From contig OZ252239.1 of the NCBI GenBank assembly GCA_965249485.1, positions 3,040,001 through 3,104,000 on the forward strand: DNA of 64,000 bases. Direction: 5' to 3'. Origin of the DNA: a bacterium. Its GTDB lineage: Bacteria > SM23-31. Shown here piece by piece: positions 9,243 to 18,959 of this stretch. How positions within the stretch are numbered: position 1 is the first letter of the stretch; every line of letters starts with the position of its first letter. The position numbers and the translations under genes are program-made. A model generated the notes under the pieces. The model searched no databases and was not told the DNA's origin. It was given only the letters and a program-made list of their open reading frames with translations.

Positions 9243-10616
9243 TTATCCGACTTCATTGTAGGCCCGCACACGGAATTCTGCATCAAGCTCCCGTGCGAGT
9301 TTTGTACACGCTTCAACATCGACACTGGGAATATCAACTATAGTGAGCTGCGTCTTTATTCCTGATTCGACACTTTTTCTGATAAAATCCACCATTCCGA
9401 CAAACGACTTGTCCCCGAAATCGTCACGCATTATTTTCATATATTGTGCCGGATCGTGTGTATTTAGACTGATAGAAATCAAATCGACAAGGCCTACAAG
9501 CTCAGGAACAACATTTCTTCCAAAAATCATGTTTGCATGGCCGTTTGTATTGAGCCGTACCTTTGCGCCTTTCGATTTGAGCCAACGGCTTACATCTTTG
9601 ATAAAATCGAGCCTGAGTGTCGGTTCACCATATCCGCAAAAAACAACTTCATCGTACGGTGATGGATCACCGATGAGTGCAATAGCTTCTTCAACATTGG
9701 GTTCATCCTCTTCCGATAATCCGAGATTATGCCCTTTCACAACCGGATCAGTTAATCGAGAGCAAAATACACAATCAGCTGTACAACGAAGCGTAGGATT
9801 GACATATAAAGAATTCCGAATTGTATAGACAATTTTTACTTTTTCAAGCTCAGGAGCAATGCCGAATAATCGGTGCGCATTATAGGAAGTAATCCGGGCA
9901 ATATCTTCAATCGACAGCTTCTTTATTTCAGCAAGTTTCTGTGCAATAAGAGGAACATTTCCGGGTTCATTCCGTTTTCCACGGTACGGTTCTGGAGTCA
10001 GGAACGGTGAATCGGTCTCTATCAGAATTTTTTCAATTTGAATCTTTTCAAGAAGCTCGATATTTCTAAAGTTCTTAAAGGTTATGTTACCGCCGAACGA
10101 AATATAGAAACCATTTTTTATCAAACGCTGCGCCGTTTCAAGGTCACCTGAATAACAGTGAAACACCCCTTTTACTGCCCCATTAGTAGTCTTGTGAATA
10201 ACATCTTCAATATCGTCCCAGGCATCTCGAACGTGAATTACCACGGGTTTATCCAATTCACGAGCTATAAGAAGCTGCTCTGCAAACACCTCTTTTTGAA
10301 CATCCTTCGGTGAATAGTCACGATAATAATCGAGACCAATTTCCCCGACCGCAACAACTTTGTCTTCACGCAACAACTCAAGAAGTCGCTTTTTTACATC
10401 AGCATTGTACGTTTTTGCATCATTAGGATGAACACCAGCTGTAGAAAATATATCATCGTGTTTATTTGCAAGTTTCAGGGAGTGCTCGCTTGTTTCAAGA
10501 TCGGTACCTAGAGTCACAATCCTATCCACACCTTTTTCCCGTGCACGGCTGATGACATCGTCCCGATCTTCATCGAAATTATTGAAACTTAAATGTGTGT
10601 GACTATCTATAAACAT
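9243..10616 (-). CDS. TatD-family nuclease fused to a C-terminal TatD-associated radical SAM domain
   Basis: N-terminal ~255 aa: DSHTH, GVHP, GEIGLDYY, HCYSG, ETDSPFL. C-terminal ~200 aa: CTADCVFC (CxxxCxxC), VFCGYGEP, RLNTNG. Confidence 0.93.
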   Translation of the reverse strand: MFIDSHTHLSFNNFDEDRDDVISRAREKGVDRIVTLGTDLETSEHSLKLANKHDDIFSTAGVHPNDAKTYNADVKKRLLELLREDKVVAVGEIGLDYYRDYSPKDVQKEVFAEQLLIARELDKPVVIHVRDAWDDIEDVIHKTTNGAVKGVFHCYSGDLETAQRLIKNGFYISFGGNITFKNFRNIELLEKIQIEKILIETDSPFLTPEPYRGKRNEPGNVPLIAQKLAEIKKLSIEDIARITSYNAHRLFGIAPELEKVKIVYTIRNSLYVNPTLRCTADCVFCSRLTDPVVKGHNLGLSEEDEPNVEEAIALIGDPSPYDEVVFCGYGEPTLRLDFIKDVSRWLKSKGAKVRLNTNGHANMIFGRNVVPELVGLVDLISISLNTHDPAQYMKIMRDDFGDKSFVGMVDFIRKSVESGIKTQLTIVDIPSVDVEACTKLARELDAEFRVRAYNEVG

Positions 10617-10843
10617 AACGTCTTAATATTCGAATTTCATGCTTAAAATCACCAATTAAATCTCTCGAGTATAAAGCTTTACAATGTAATTTAAAAATCA
10701 ATAATAATCAAGATAATTATATCTTGCGTATAGTCGAAAATAGAGTGCAGAGCAGCCAGTATGCCAATGAAGATCCATTTATGAAATTCATTTGGTGATT
10801 CGATTAATATTTCGATGAGATTGGCTATGATGCATATGTTTTC

Positions 10844-10872
10844 TTGAATTTTTAAATTCTACTTAGTATATT
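10844..10872 (+). promoter_or_regulatory. Putative sigma70 promoter for the Lrp/AsnC gene
   Basis: TTGAAT-N17-TATATT ending 30 nt upstream of ATG 10903. Confidence 0.45.
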
Positions 10873-10902
10873 TGCTTTCAGAAGCAGCCTAACAGCAAGT
10901 AT

Positions 10903-11367
10903 ATGAAGCAATTAGATAAAATAGACAAAGAAATATTGAATATCCTTCAGGATCAAGGGCGTATTACAAATTCCGATCTTGCTGGAAAAGTTGGATTATC
11001 TTCTCCGTCGATCATTGAGCGTATCAGGAAAATGGAAAAAGCCGGAATAATATCGAAGTATTCAGCCTTGATTAATCCAAAGAAAGTCAATAAAGAAATT
11101 GTTACGATGGTTGCAATTTCAATGCAACTGCACAATGAGAGTGAATTTAAACGGTTTTATGAATCAATTAGAAAGTGGCCTGAAGTTCTCGAATGTTATC
11201 ATGTTACCGGCGACGAAGACTTTATCATGAAAGTTGCAGTAAAAGATATTACAACATATGAACGATTTATGTTCGAGAAAGTAATGAAAATTTCCGGTGT
11301 CCGAAACATCCGAACCTTTCTTGTATTATCCTCAGTCAAGGAAAACGGCAAAATTCTGGTTGAATAA
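10903..11367 (+). CDS. Lrp/AsnC-family transcriptional regulator
   Basis: LDKIDKEILNILQ..GRITNSDLA..VGLS HTH; PEVLECYHVTGDEDF RAM domain. Confidence 0.95.
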   Translation: MKQLDKIDKEILNILQDQGRITNSDLAGKVGLSSPSIIERIRKMEKAGIISKYSALINPKKVNKEIVTMVAISMQLHNESEFKRFYESIRKWPEVLECYHVTGDEDFIMKVAVKDITTYERFMFEKVMKISGVRNIRTFLVLSSVKENGKILVE

Positions 11368-11866
11368 AGTCGCTTTCAGTGTGTCAATGAGAACCCAGCA
11401 ATAACAAGCCCTATTCTTTACATAGTTTTCTATTTATCAATAGTCTATCTTTTTCTATCGGCACCAACATTTCTCATATATTTGAGTACTTATCATCACA
11501 ATTCCTTCTGGTAATCGCAGAAAATACTTTCAATATTTTGTGGAGATACATAGCTGAATCAAATTGACAATTGAGAAAACAATACGGTTTTTTCGACTAT
11601 GATCAGGGCAATCCATCGACTACGCGGTTAATGAGCACGATAGAACTACGTGCCAGCATAGCCTTCGAATTCATTGCATCTCTTCATCCAAGGGCAAATA
11701 ATCCAAATAGAATTTATATAACTGTAGCATTTAATTAGCCGCATTCACACCAAAAGCGCTCCAGAAATTTGTTGAAGCAAAATTTCCAAACAATGAAGAG
11801 TTATATTGCTGTTTATAAAAGTATGCATTAGTTTAATATCGCAAATGTTAACTATCTGAGAACGAT

Positions 11867-13054
11867 ATGACCAAATTAAACACACAATTTTATAAAGATG
11901 AATTAACTTCAATCAAAAACTCAGGACTCTATAAGGAGGAACGAATTCTATCTTCTCCGCAAAATGCCGCAATCAAAGTTGGTATAAAGAATGTTCTGAA
12001 CTTTTGTGCTAATAATTATCTTGGACTTGCTAACCATCCCAAACTTATTGAAGCTGCAAAACACAGCCTTGACACATGGGGTTATGGGCTTTCATCCGTC
12101 CGCTTTATCTGTGGCACACAGGATATTCACAAGGAATTAGAAGAAAAAATCTCACACTTTCTCGGAATGGATGATACCATCTTATACTCTTCATGTTTTG
12201 ACGCTAATGGTGGGCTTTTTGAAACACTCCTCTCCGACAAAGATGCTATTATCAGCGATTCACTCAATCATGCGAGTATTATCGACGGTGTTCGGCTTTC
12301 GAAGGCTGAGCGGCACAGATATCCACATTCCGACATGAATGCTCTTGAAGACACTTTAAAGTCAACGCGTTCAATGCGCTTCAGAATGATTGCCACCGAC
12401 GGAGTTTTTTCTATGGATGGTGATATAGCGCTACTTCAAGACATTTGTGACCTTGCAGACAAATATGATGCATTTGTCATGATAGACGATTCTCATGCAA
12501 CCGGATTTATCGGAGAAAACGGAAGAGGTACGCACGAATTGTGTGATGTTTTGGGTAGAGTCGATGTTATTACATCTACGCTTGGCAAAGCGATGGGAGG
12601 TGCATCAGGAGGATTCACCGCCGCCCGAAAAGAATTCGTCGACCTGCTCAGGCAACGGTCACGACCGTATCTCTTTTCTAATTCTCTCGCTCCCACTATC
12701 GTATCGGCAGCGATTGCCTGTATCGAACTTTTGAAATCATCCGATGACCTTCGGAAAAAATTGAATGACAACACAAAGCACTTCAGAAAAAAGATGACTG
12801 ACGCCGGATTTGGCATAAAACCAGGCAGTCACCCGATAGTACCGATAATGCTTGGAGATGCGATGTTAGCGAAAAATATTGCCGCCGACCTGCTTGATGA
12901 GGGTATTTATGTGATTGGATTCAGTTATCCGGTTGTACCGCAGGATGAAGCACGAATCAGGGTGCAGATATCAGCAGCTCATGAGTACGAACACCTCGAC
13001 AAAGCGGTTGAAAAGTTTGTTGAAATTGGAAAAAAACACGGAGTAGTTTCTTAA
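11867..13054 (+). CDS. kbl: Glycine C-acetyltransferase (2-amino-3-ketobutyrate CoA ligase)
   Basis: [34 protein letters not shown] (PLP Lys), [22 protein letters not shown]. Confidence 0.96.
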   Translation: MTKLNTQFYKDELTSIKNSGLYKEERILSSPQNAAIKVGIKNVLNFCANNYLGLANHPKLIEAAKHSLDTWGYGLSSVRFICGTQDIHKELEEKISHFLGMDDTILYSSCFDANGGLFETLLSDKDAIISDSLNHASIIDGVRLSKAERHRYPHSDMNALEDTLKSTRSMRFRMIATDGVFSMDGDIALLQDICDLADKYDAFVMIDDSHATGFIGENGRGTHELCDVLGRVDVITSTLGKAMGGASGGFTAARKEFVDLLRQRSRPYLFSNSLAPTIVSAAIACIELLKSSDDLRKKLNDNTKHFRKKMTDAGFGIKPGSHPIVPIMLGDAMLAKNIAADLLDEGIYVIGFSYPVVPQDEARIRVQISAAHEYEHLDKAVEKFVEIGKKHGVVS

Positions 13055-13078
13055 AAACAACTTGTTTTTAAGAAACTA
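13044..13078. terminator. Perfect 17-bp inverted repeat between convergent kbl and MATE genes (possible bidirectional terminator)
   Basis: TAGTTTCTTAAAAACAA-C-TTGTTTTTAAGAAACTA overlapping the kbl stop codon. The stem is very AT-rich, so a terminator role is uncertain. Confidence 0.5.
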
Positions 13079-13096
13079 AACATATATTCTGAATAT

Positions 13097-14443
13097 CTAC
13101 ACATTTATCTGCTTCCATTTTCCGCTGATGAACATCGATGTCATGATTATGCCATAGAGAAACATATAGAGAGCCAGACTCGCCCACGCACCTAAAATTC
13201 CATACCCCAGAGTAATCCCAAGTAAATAAGCGATTGGTAGAAATATGAACCAATTCACACTAACTTCTGCAATCATGACAAACCGAGTCATACCTGCTCC
13301 CCACAAGCAATAATTGAAAATAATTCCGAACGCGTCGATAAACTGTACAAATCCTATAAGCCTAATAACACCTGTCCCCTTTTCCACAATAGCAAGATCG
13401 GGCGTGAATATCTTCATGATTAATTCAGGAATTGCAATAAACACAATACCCATAGTCCCCATTACATAGACACCAAGTTTCACCGACTCCCAGCCAAACC
13501 GTTCTGCAAGATCATACCTTTTTGCCCCAAGATTCTGTCCAACAAGTGTTGCTGCTGCCACTCCTATTCCGGATCCCGGCATAAAACTCATCGACATAAT
13601 CGATATACATACGGTACTTGCAGCTAGTTCAACTGTACCTATCATTCCGAGAATTTTAATAAACAATAAAAAACCTATAAATGTAAAAAACTTCTGCATC
13701 ATAACTGGCAGACTAATTGACGTAAATTTTTTAAGAATCGAAAAATCGAGAGCGATATTTTTATAGAGTCCATATTTACCCTTAAACTTGCCGGACAAGC
13801 TGTGTATTATCAGAATACCAACACCGACATAGGTACTTATTGTAGAAGCAAGTGCTGCACCTGTAACTTCCAGTCGTGGAAATCCCCAGTTTCCAAAAAT
13901 CAAACAGTAATTCAAAGCAATATTTACTACATTGACTATAACCATTGCACGCATTGAGATTTTTGTTTTGCCGATTCCATCAAAAAAACCTCTGTATACG
14001 GCAATGAGACCATATGAAAGAACCTCTAAAAATCGAATCGAGACATAGGTACTGCAAAGCTGTTCTACGAGTGGATCATTTGCCATAAATTGTGTAACAA
14101 GCGGGCCAAGCACAAAACCTGCTAATGAAATAAGCACCCCAATAACAAACAATGTTAGTAGAGATCCATTGACATTGCTCCCACAACCGGCAAATTTCTG
14201 TTCTCCATATCTTCTGGCTGTAAGTGTCTGGATTCCGACATTCAGGGATCCGTACGATTCTGTAACAATTAGAACAATATGAGCACCGAGGCCCGTTGCA
14301 GCCAACGGTACTGCACCTAACCGTCCAACCATTGCTACATCAGCGAGACTCATGATTGTTCGTGATAGCATTGCGAGCACAATAGGCAGTGCAAGAGCAA
14401 TTACTTGTTGACTATACTTTCTATCTGGAAACAATCTTTTCAT
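13097..14443 (-). CDS. MATE-family efflux transporter
   Basis: LALPIV..DVAMVGRLG..LAA, NIALNYCLIFG.WGFP.L.V.GAALAS, LVGQNLGA; about 12 TM segments. Confidence 0.93.
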   Translation of the reverse strand: MKRLFPDRKYSQQVIALALPIVLAMLSRTIMSLADVAMVGRLGAVPLAATGLGAHIVLIVTESYGSLNVGIQTLTARRYGEQKFAGCGSNVNGSLLTLFVIGVLISLAGFVLGPLVTQFMANDPLVEQLCSTYVSIRFLEVLSYGLIAVYRGFFDGIGKTKISMRAMVIVNVVNIALNYCLIFGNWGFPRLEVTGAALASTISTYVGVGILIIHSLSGKFKGKYGLYKNIALDFSILKKFTSISLPVMMQKFFTFIGFLLFIKILGMIGTVELAASTVCISIMSMSFMPGSGIGVAAATLVGQNLGAKRYDLAERFGWESVKLGVYVMGTMGIVFIAIPELIMKIFTPDLAIVEKGTGVIRLIGFVQFIDAFGIIFNYCLWGAGMTRFVMIAEVSVNWFIFLPIAYLLGITLGYGILGAWASLALYMFLYGIIMTSMFISGKWKQINV

Positions 14444-14640
14444 GGTTATCTATAGCAAATAAGTATGATTTTTATTGTTCAAAGCTGCTGCAAAACTAAG
14501 TTTTTACTGATTTTATGCCGAAAATTAGAATGAGCATTATCCTTGAAAATCAGGACTAATATAGCAATTACAAGTATCATTTACAAAAATAAGGTATGCA
14601 GAACGGGAACTTTCTCGCTTTGTTAAATCGTACTATTACT

Positions 14641-17086
14641 ATGCAGCGGCCCTTTTTACTATTACTGATTCTCTCTGCTTTCATTGCATCTTGTGCAACG
14701 GAAAGCAGCGTACGGATACTCCGCCAGGCTGAGTATAATGTCCTACAAGGGACACCGGATCAATTTGACCATATAGTGCAGATATTGCTGGAAGACAGTG
14801 AGGCTTCACGAGATGCTGCTTACACTCTCGGCCGCCTTGGTGATATGGCGAGCTATACCGTACCTGATGCAGGTTATCAGAAATGACAGACGTGCATCGG
14901 AAGAAGCGATTAGAGCACTTGGAATGATAGGCGATACTCGTGCTGTACCGGATTTAATTCAGATAGTAAAACTCGATAAACCGCATGCCTTGATCGCGAT
15001 CGAAGTTCTTGGCCAAATTAGAGATCCTAGGGCACTCCCAATTTTGCTGACAGTGGTCGAAGAAGATCGTCCCTATTCCTTCACCGCTATTGCCGGTCTG
15101 GGTGAAATCAGGGACCAGAATGCTTCAGATTTGCTCATAAGAAAGCTCAAAGAAAGTTCTCAAGCCCGTCCGGAAGCAATTCAATTTAGAATTGTTCAGC
15201 AGGAAGATGAATCTCAACATTTATTGTCATTTGAAGTCCCCTCAAATTTGCCACCTAAAATTGAAATCACTGATAGAATCATGGACCCTGAAGGACAGAT
15301 ATTGTTAAGATACATCCTAAAAGACACAGAGCTCGATTCACTTGATATAGTAGCTGAATATTCAGTAAATAGCGGAATGAATTGGCATGCTGCGTCGACA
15401 GAAGGAAATTTGACCTCGATTGTTGATCAAAACTATACAGGGAGCGTCGTCTGGAGAGCTGACAGTGACATTAATCTTGATATGGTGCAACCGGATCAAT
15501 CTGCCGGATTGCTATTTAAACTGACACCAATCGATAAACAGCCAAGACCCCGCAATGGTGTGCCTGCAATCTGGAACTTCGGTGTTGACACTACATCAAT
15601 TGACATTGCAGATATAGATGTTGAAGAGGAAGGTGATGTTTTACTGCGATTCTATTACCCCAACCCTGCACGTGCCGCTCTCGATAGTTTTGCGTACCAT
15701 TACTCTATTGATCTGGGTTCCAATTGGAATGCTGCTACTGTCAGGCTTGGAGCCGGAATTACAGATGCTTCGCGGGATTCCATGTATATAGTTTGGTCAA
15801 CAGACATCGACATTCCTAATCAGGATATAGACGAAGTTTTATTTCGAATATCGGCTAATAAGGGAAATACGTACGGAAATTTCTACATTTCCAGGCCATT
15901 TCATATTGACAATAATGTTATCCCCACAGTTAGTTTCAGTGATTTTAATGAAGATCAATATGGCATATTTCATATCGGTTACACCATTAGCGATATGGAA
16001 GATGATCCGGTTTCACTCGGTGTCCAATATTCGATCGATCAAGGCAGAACATGGCGACAGTCTACCATTTCCGGTGACCTGTCGACTATAACTTCAGCAG
16101 GTTACACTGGTATTGTCAAATGGTATTCCGAATTTGATATAACCGAGTTTACCGACATTCCAATTCGGCTCCGACTGCGCCCTTCGGACAGAGATCCCAG
16201 TCTTTTTGTCGATTCGCCTGATTTTTACCTCAAGAATTCGGATTTTACAAAATTGACACAAGGTTTAGGAAGCGGTGTTGTCGAGGTGGCTTATTCAATT
16301 GCCCAGAGCGATTCTTCAAAACCGATTGCACAATACTCTATTGACAGAGGAAGGACATGGAGAAATGCTACGTTACCTGATGTAACAGTCAACGAATTGG
16401 CTGACAGAAAAAACGTTACAATTAATTGGGATGTCGGTAGCGACATTGTCTCATATCTGCAGCGTATAGAATCGATTGGAAAAACAATTGAGATGATTCA
16501 AGATCCATCAGTGATTCCCGATCTTTTACTGCTTTCGCGACAAAAATCGAGTCCTTACCGTGAAAAACGCCAGCAAGCTGTTGAAGCTATCCGCATTTTG
16601 GAGAAAAGGGAACCCTGGGTTATTGATGGTGTTTTACAGTCAATGATCCATCCTGATCCGGCAGTACGCTCGGGTGCAATTAGTATTATCAAAACTGTTG
16701 ATACTCCGGAAGCTGCTACAGCAATCTCCGATTATGAAAAATTCTGGAATGATTATTCCAGACGGGATCGGGAACTGGTATCTTTTGAGAGTGAGTTTGA
16801 AGAACAATTATATCAAGACAATTTAAGAAAACCGATTCCGTTTGACATAGACGAGATCTCCAGTAACTTTATGCGCTGGTGGGGAATAAGCAAAACACAA
16901 GCAGACGCACTGATAAAAGATTTAGACGTTTTGAGAGAACAGACTGAGCTGGCCAGGTTGTTCAGGGAAGGTTTTATAACAGAAAATGAATATTGGGATA
17001 GACTGGAACAAATTCTTACGCAAGCACGTGAAAGGAGACTACTTGAACGAAGACAAGTGCAGCAGAGTAACCAGCAAGAACAATAA
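14641..17086 (+). pseudogene. Large lipoprotein: HEAT repeats, four YSxDxGxxW beta modules, further HEAT repeats and a SHOCT-like end (~814 aa if repaired); split by a +1 indel
   Basis: Lipoprotein signal MQRPFLLLLILSAFIAS-C from ATG 14641. Removing one G at 14847-14848 joins ORF 14596-14886 to ORF 14798-17086 and restores the HEAT unit AAYTLGRLGDMRAIPYL. Confidence 0.75.
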
Positions 17087-17093
17087 CAGTTGA

Positions 17094-18032
17094 TCAAAAC
17101 CCTGTTGTCAGGGTTATCCGTTGGAGATCTCCGATCACACCAAATGAATTATAAGAATAATCTAAAGTATAACCTTGCCATTGGAATCCGAATCCAAACG
17201 ATGCACCCGCGAAGGGTCCTCCTTCATCATTAATTTTTTGATCCGGTCCATGAGAATCATACCCTACTCTTCCGGTAAACGAATCCGAAAAGGCTAATTC
17301 GCCACCACCGACTACTTGAAATTCTCCATCGAAGAACTGACGGAACTCAGTGCTAATCAAAAGAGGCAAATGAGCAAGTTTTTTTGTAAGCCCTGCTTTG
17401 GCAACTGCCGGCACGCTTTCTTTAGTATCAACAAATGCACTCGTTACAAATCCAATATTTGCAACACTCATACCGATAGTGAGCATGTATTCAGGAATTG
17501 CATAAATGACACCACCATCAAACGCAACCAACGTTGATGAAAAATCATCAATGTTAGAGTAGAGAAATTTGCTGTTAATCCCATAATAAATATTTGATGA
17601 GTATTCATTGGCATACCCAGCGACAAATACGGCATCCTGTGCCGAGAATGACGTAGTTGGTGCTCCACTACTATCTCTACCATCAAATGAACCATAGTTG
17701 ATATAATTTATCCCAAAGGCATATTTGCTTTTCAACCCGGATGGAAAAGCATAGATAATACTCCCCGCTTTAAAATCAAGCAAATGATCTATGTAGGTTA
17801 ATCCTACCGTTTTCTTTTGTATACCAATCAGACCGGCAGGATTATAAAATAAAGCATGTATATCTCCCGTCATTCCTACAAAGGCACCCGACATTCCGGA
17901 AGCTCGTGCGGATATATCGGTTTTGAGAATTTCATAACCGTCCAGTTGGGCAATTGCTCTGTCCGGAACGATTATTTGACCATAGATACAAAAACATGAA
18001 ACAAGAATTAGAATTATGTGATATCTCTTCAT
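17094..18032 (-). CDS. PorV/PorQ-family outer-membrane beta-barrel protein
   Basis: Signal peptide, ARASGMSGAF...ALFYNPAGL, YINYGSFDG, KKLAHLPL, DYSY..FG.IG and terminal Phe. Confidence 0.8.
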   Translation of the reverse strand: MKRYHIILILVSCFCIYGQIIVPDRAIAQLDGYEILKTDISARASGMSGAFVGMTGDIHALFYNPAGLIGIQKKTVGLTYIDHLLDFKAGSIIYAFPSGLKSKYAFGINYINYGSFDGRDSSGAPTTSFSAQDAVFVAGYANEYSSNIYYGINSKFLYSNIDDFSSTLVAFDGGVIYAIPEYMLTIGMSVANIGFVTSAFVDTKESVPAVAKAGLTKKLAHLPLLISTEFRQFFDGEFQVVGGGELAFSDSFTGRVGYDSHGPDQKINDEGGPFAGASFGFGFQWQGYTLDYSYNSFGVIGDLQRITLTTGF

Positions 18033-18113
18033 TAAAGAGCCTTTTTTCTTAACCGATTTATACAATATACACCATCTTTAGGATTTCTATTCCTGTAAAA
18101 CGGGAAAACGCAA

Positions 18114-18959
18114 TCAATAACCACTCCAATTAGAAAAATCATAATTTTCATAAGCGTCACAACGTGAACATAAATCAATTTCGTCCCTTTTTCCCTCATT
18201 GAGTAATTGTTTATACCTTTGAATTACAGATCCGCTCCAGATTTCATCTATCGTCTGTTCTTTTATATCGCCAATAATGCCACGTTCTTGAAAATCCCAG
18301 CAGCATAATACAGCTCTGCCGTCTACAATAAAGAACATTTCATCAACAATTTTCGGACAAGGCAGTTTGACCGATTCTGTCTGTCCCATCCAAGGCCATT
18401 TGTATAGTTCCGTTATGGTAGCCTGATCAGCATACTTATTCCAATAGGTTACAAATTGTTCCTGCTCGTGCTTATTGAAGTCAATATCGATCATTCGTAT
18501 CTCAATAAAACAGTCATTTTTCAATCTATTACGCTCATTAATAAAAAAATGGACATCGTCAACGACTTTCTCGTAATTCATGCCTCGGCCACTCTTTTTG
18601 TATGTTTCGGGAGAAAAACCGTCAACACTAAACCGGATCCAGTCAACTCCTGCATTCAATACATTAGGAATCATTTCCCTGTTTACAAATCTTCCATTGG
18701 AGTTAAGCTCGATTTTTGCCGTTTCATCTTTACGGATATAGCTGATTATTTCAGCAAGGCGCCGGTCAACAAAGGGCTCATTCACAAGAAAAGGACGGTA
18801 TAAAACGCCTTTGCCTCTGCTTTCATCAATAATCTTTTTCCATACATGCTCTTCCATGTAGTTTGGACCACGTGTCAGCTCATTCTGTGGACAGAACATG
18901 CATTCACTGTTGCATAGCATTGTTGTTTCAATTTGAATTATTTTGGGGAATAAAATCAT
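18114..18959 (-). CDS. Radical SAM protein with SPASM/Twitch domain
   Basis: CNSECMFC motif; C-terminal CPK...DGRAVLCCWD...IGDI...EIW...CSRC. Likely start ATG 18959 overlaps the waaA 3' end. Confidence 0.88.
   Translation of the reverse strand: MILFPKIIQIETTMLCNSECMFCPQNELTRGPNYMEEHVWKKIIDESRGKGVLYRPFLVNEPFVDRRLAEIISYIRKDETAKIELNSNGRFVNREMIPNVLNAGVDWIRFSVDGFSPETYKKSGRGMNYEKVVDDVHFFINERNRLKNDCFIEIRMIDIDFNKHEQEQFVTYWNKYADQATITELYKWPWMGQTESVKLPCPKIVDEMFFIVDGRAVLCCWDFQERGIIGDIKEQTIDEIWSGSVIQRYKQLLNEGKRDEIDLCSRCDAYENYDFSNWSGY

Noticed and set aside
11571..11738. 55-codon ORF starting MRKQYGFFD, faintly like some transposase N-termini
   Set aside because: No DDE motifs, terminal inverted repeats or target-site duplication; the similarity is only a few residues.
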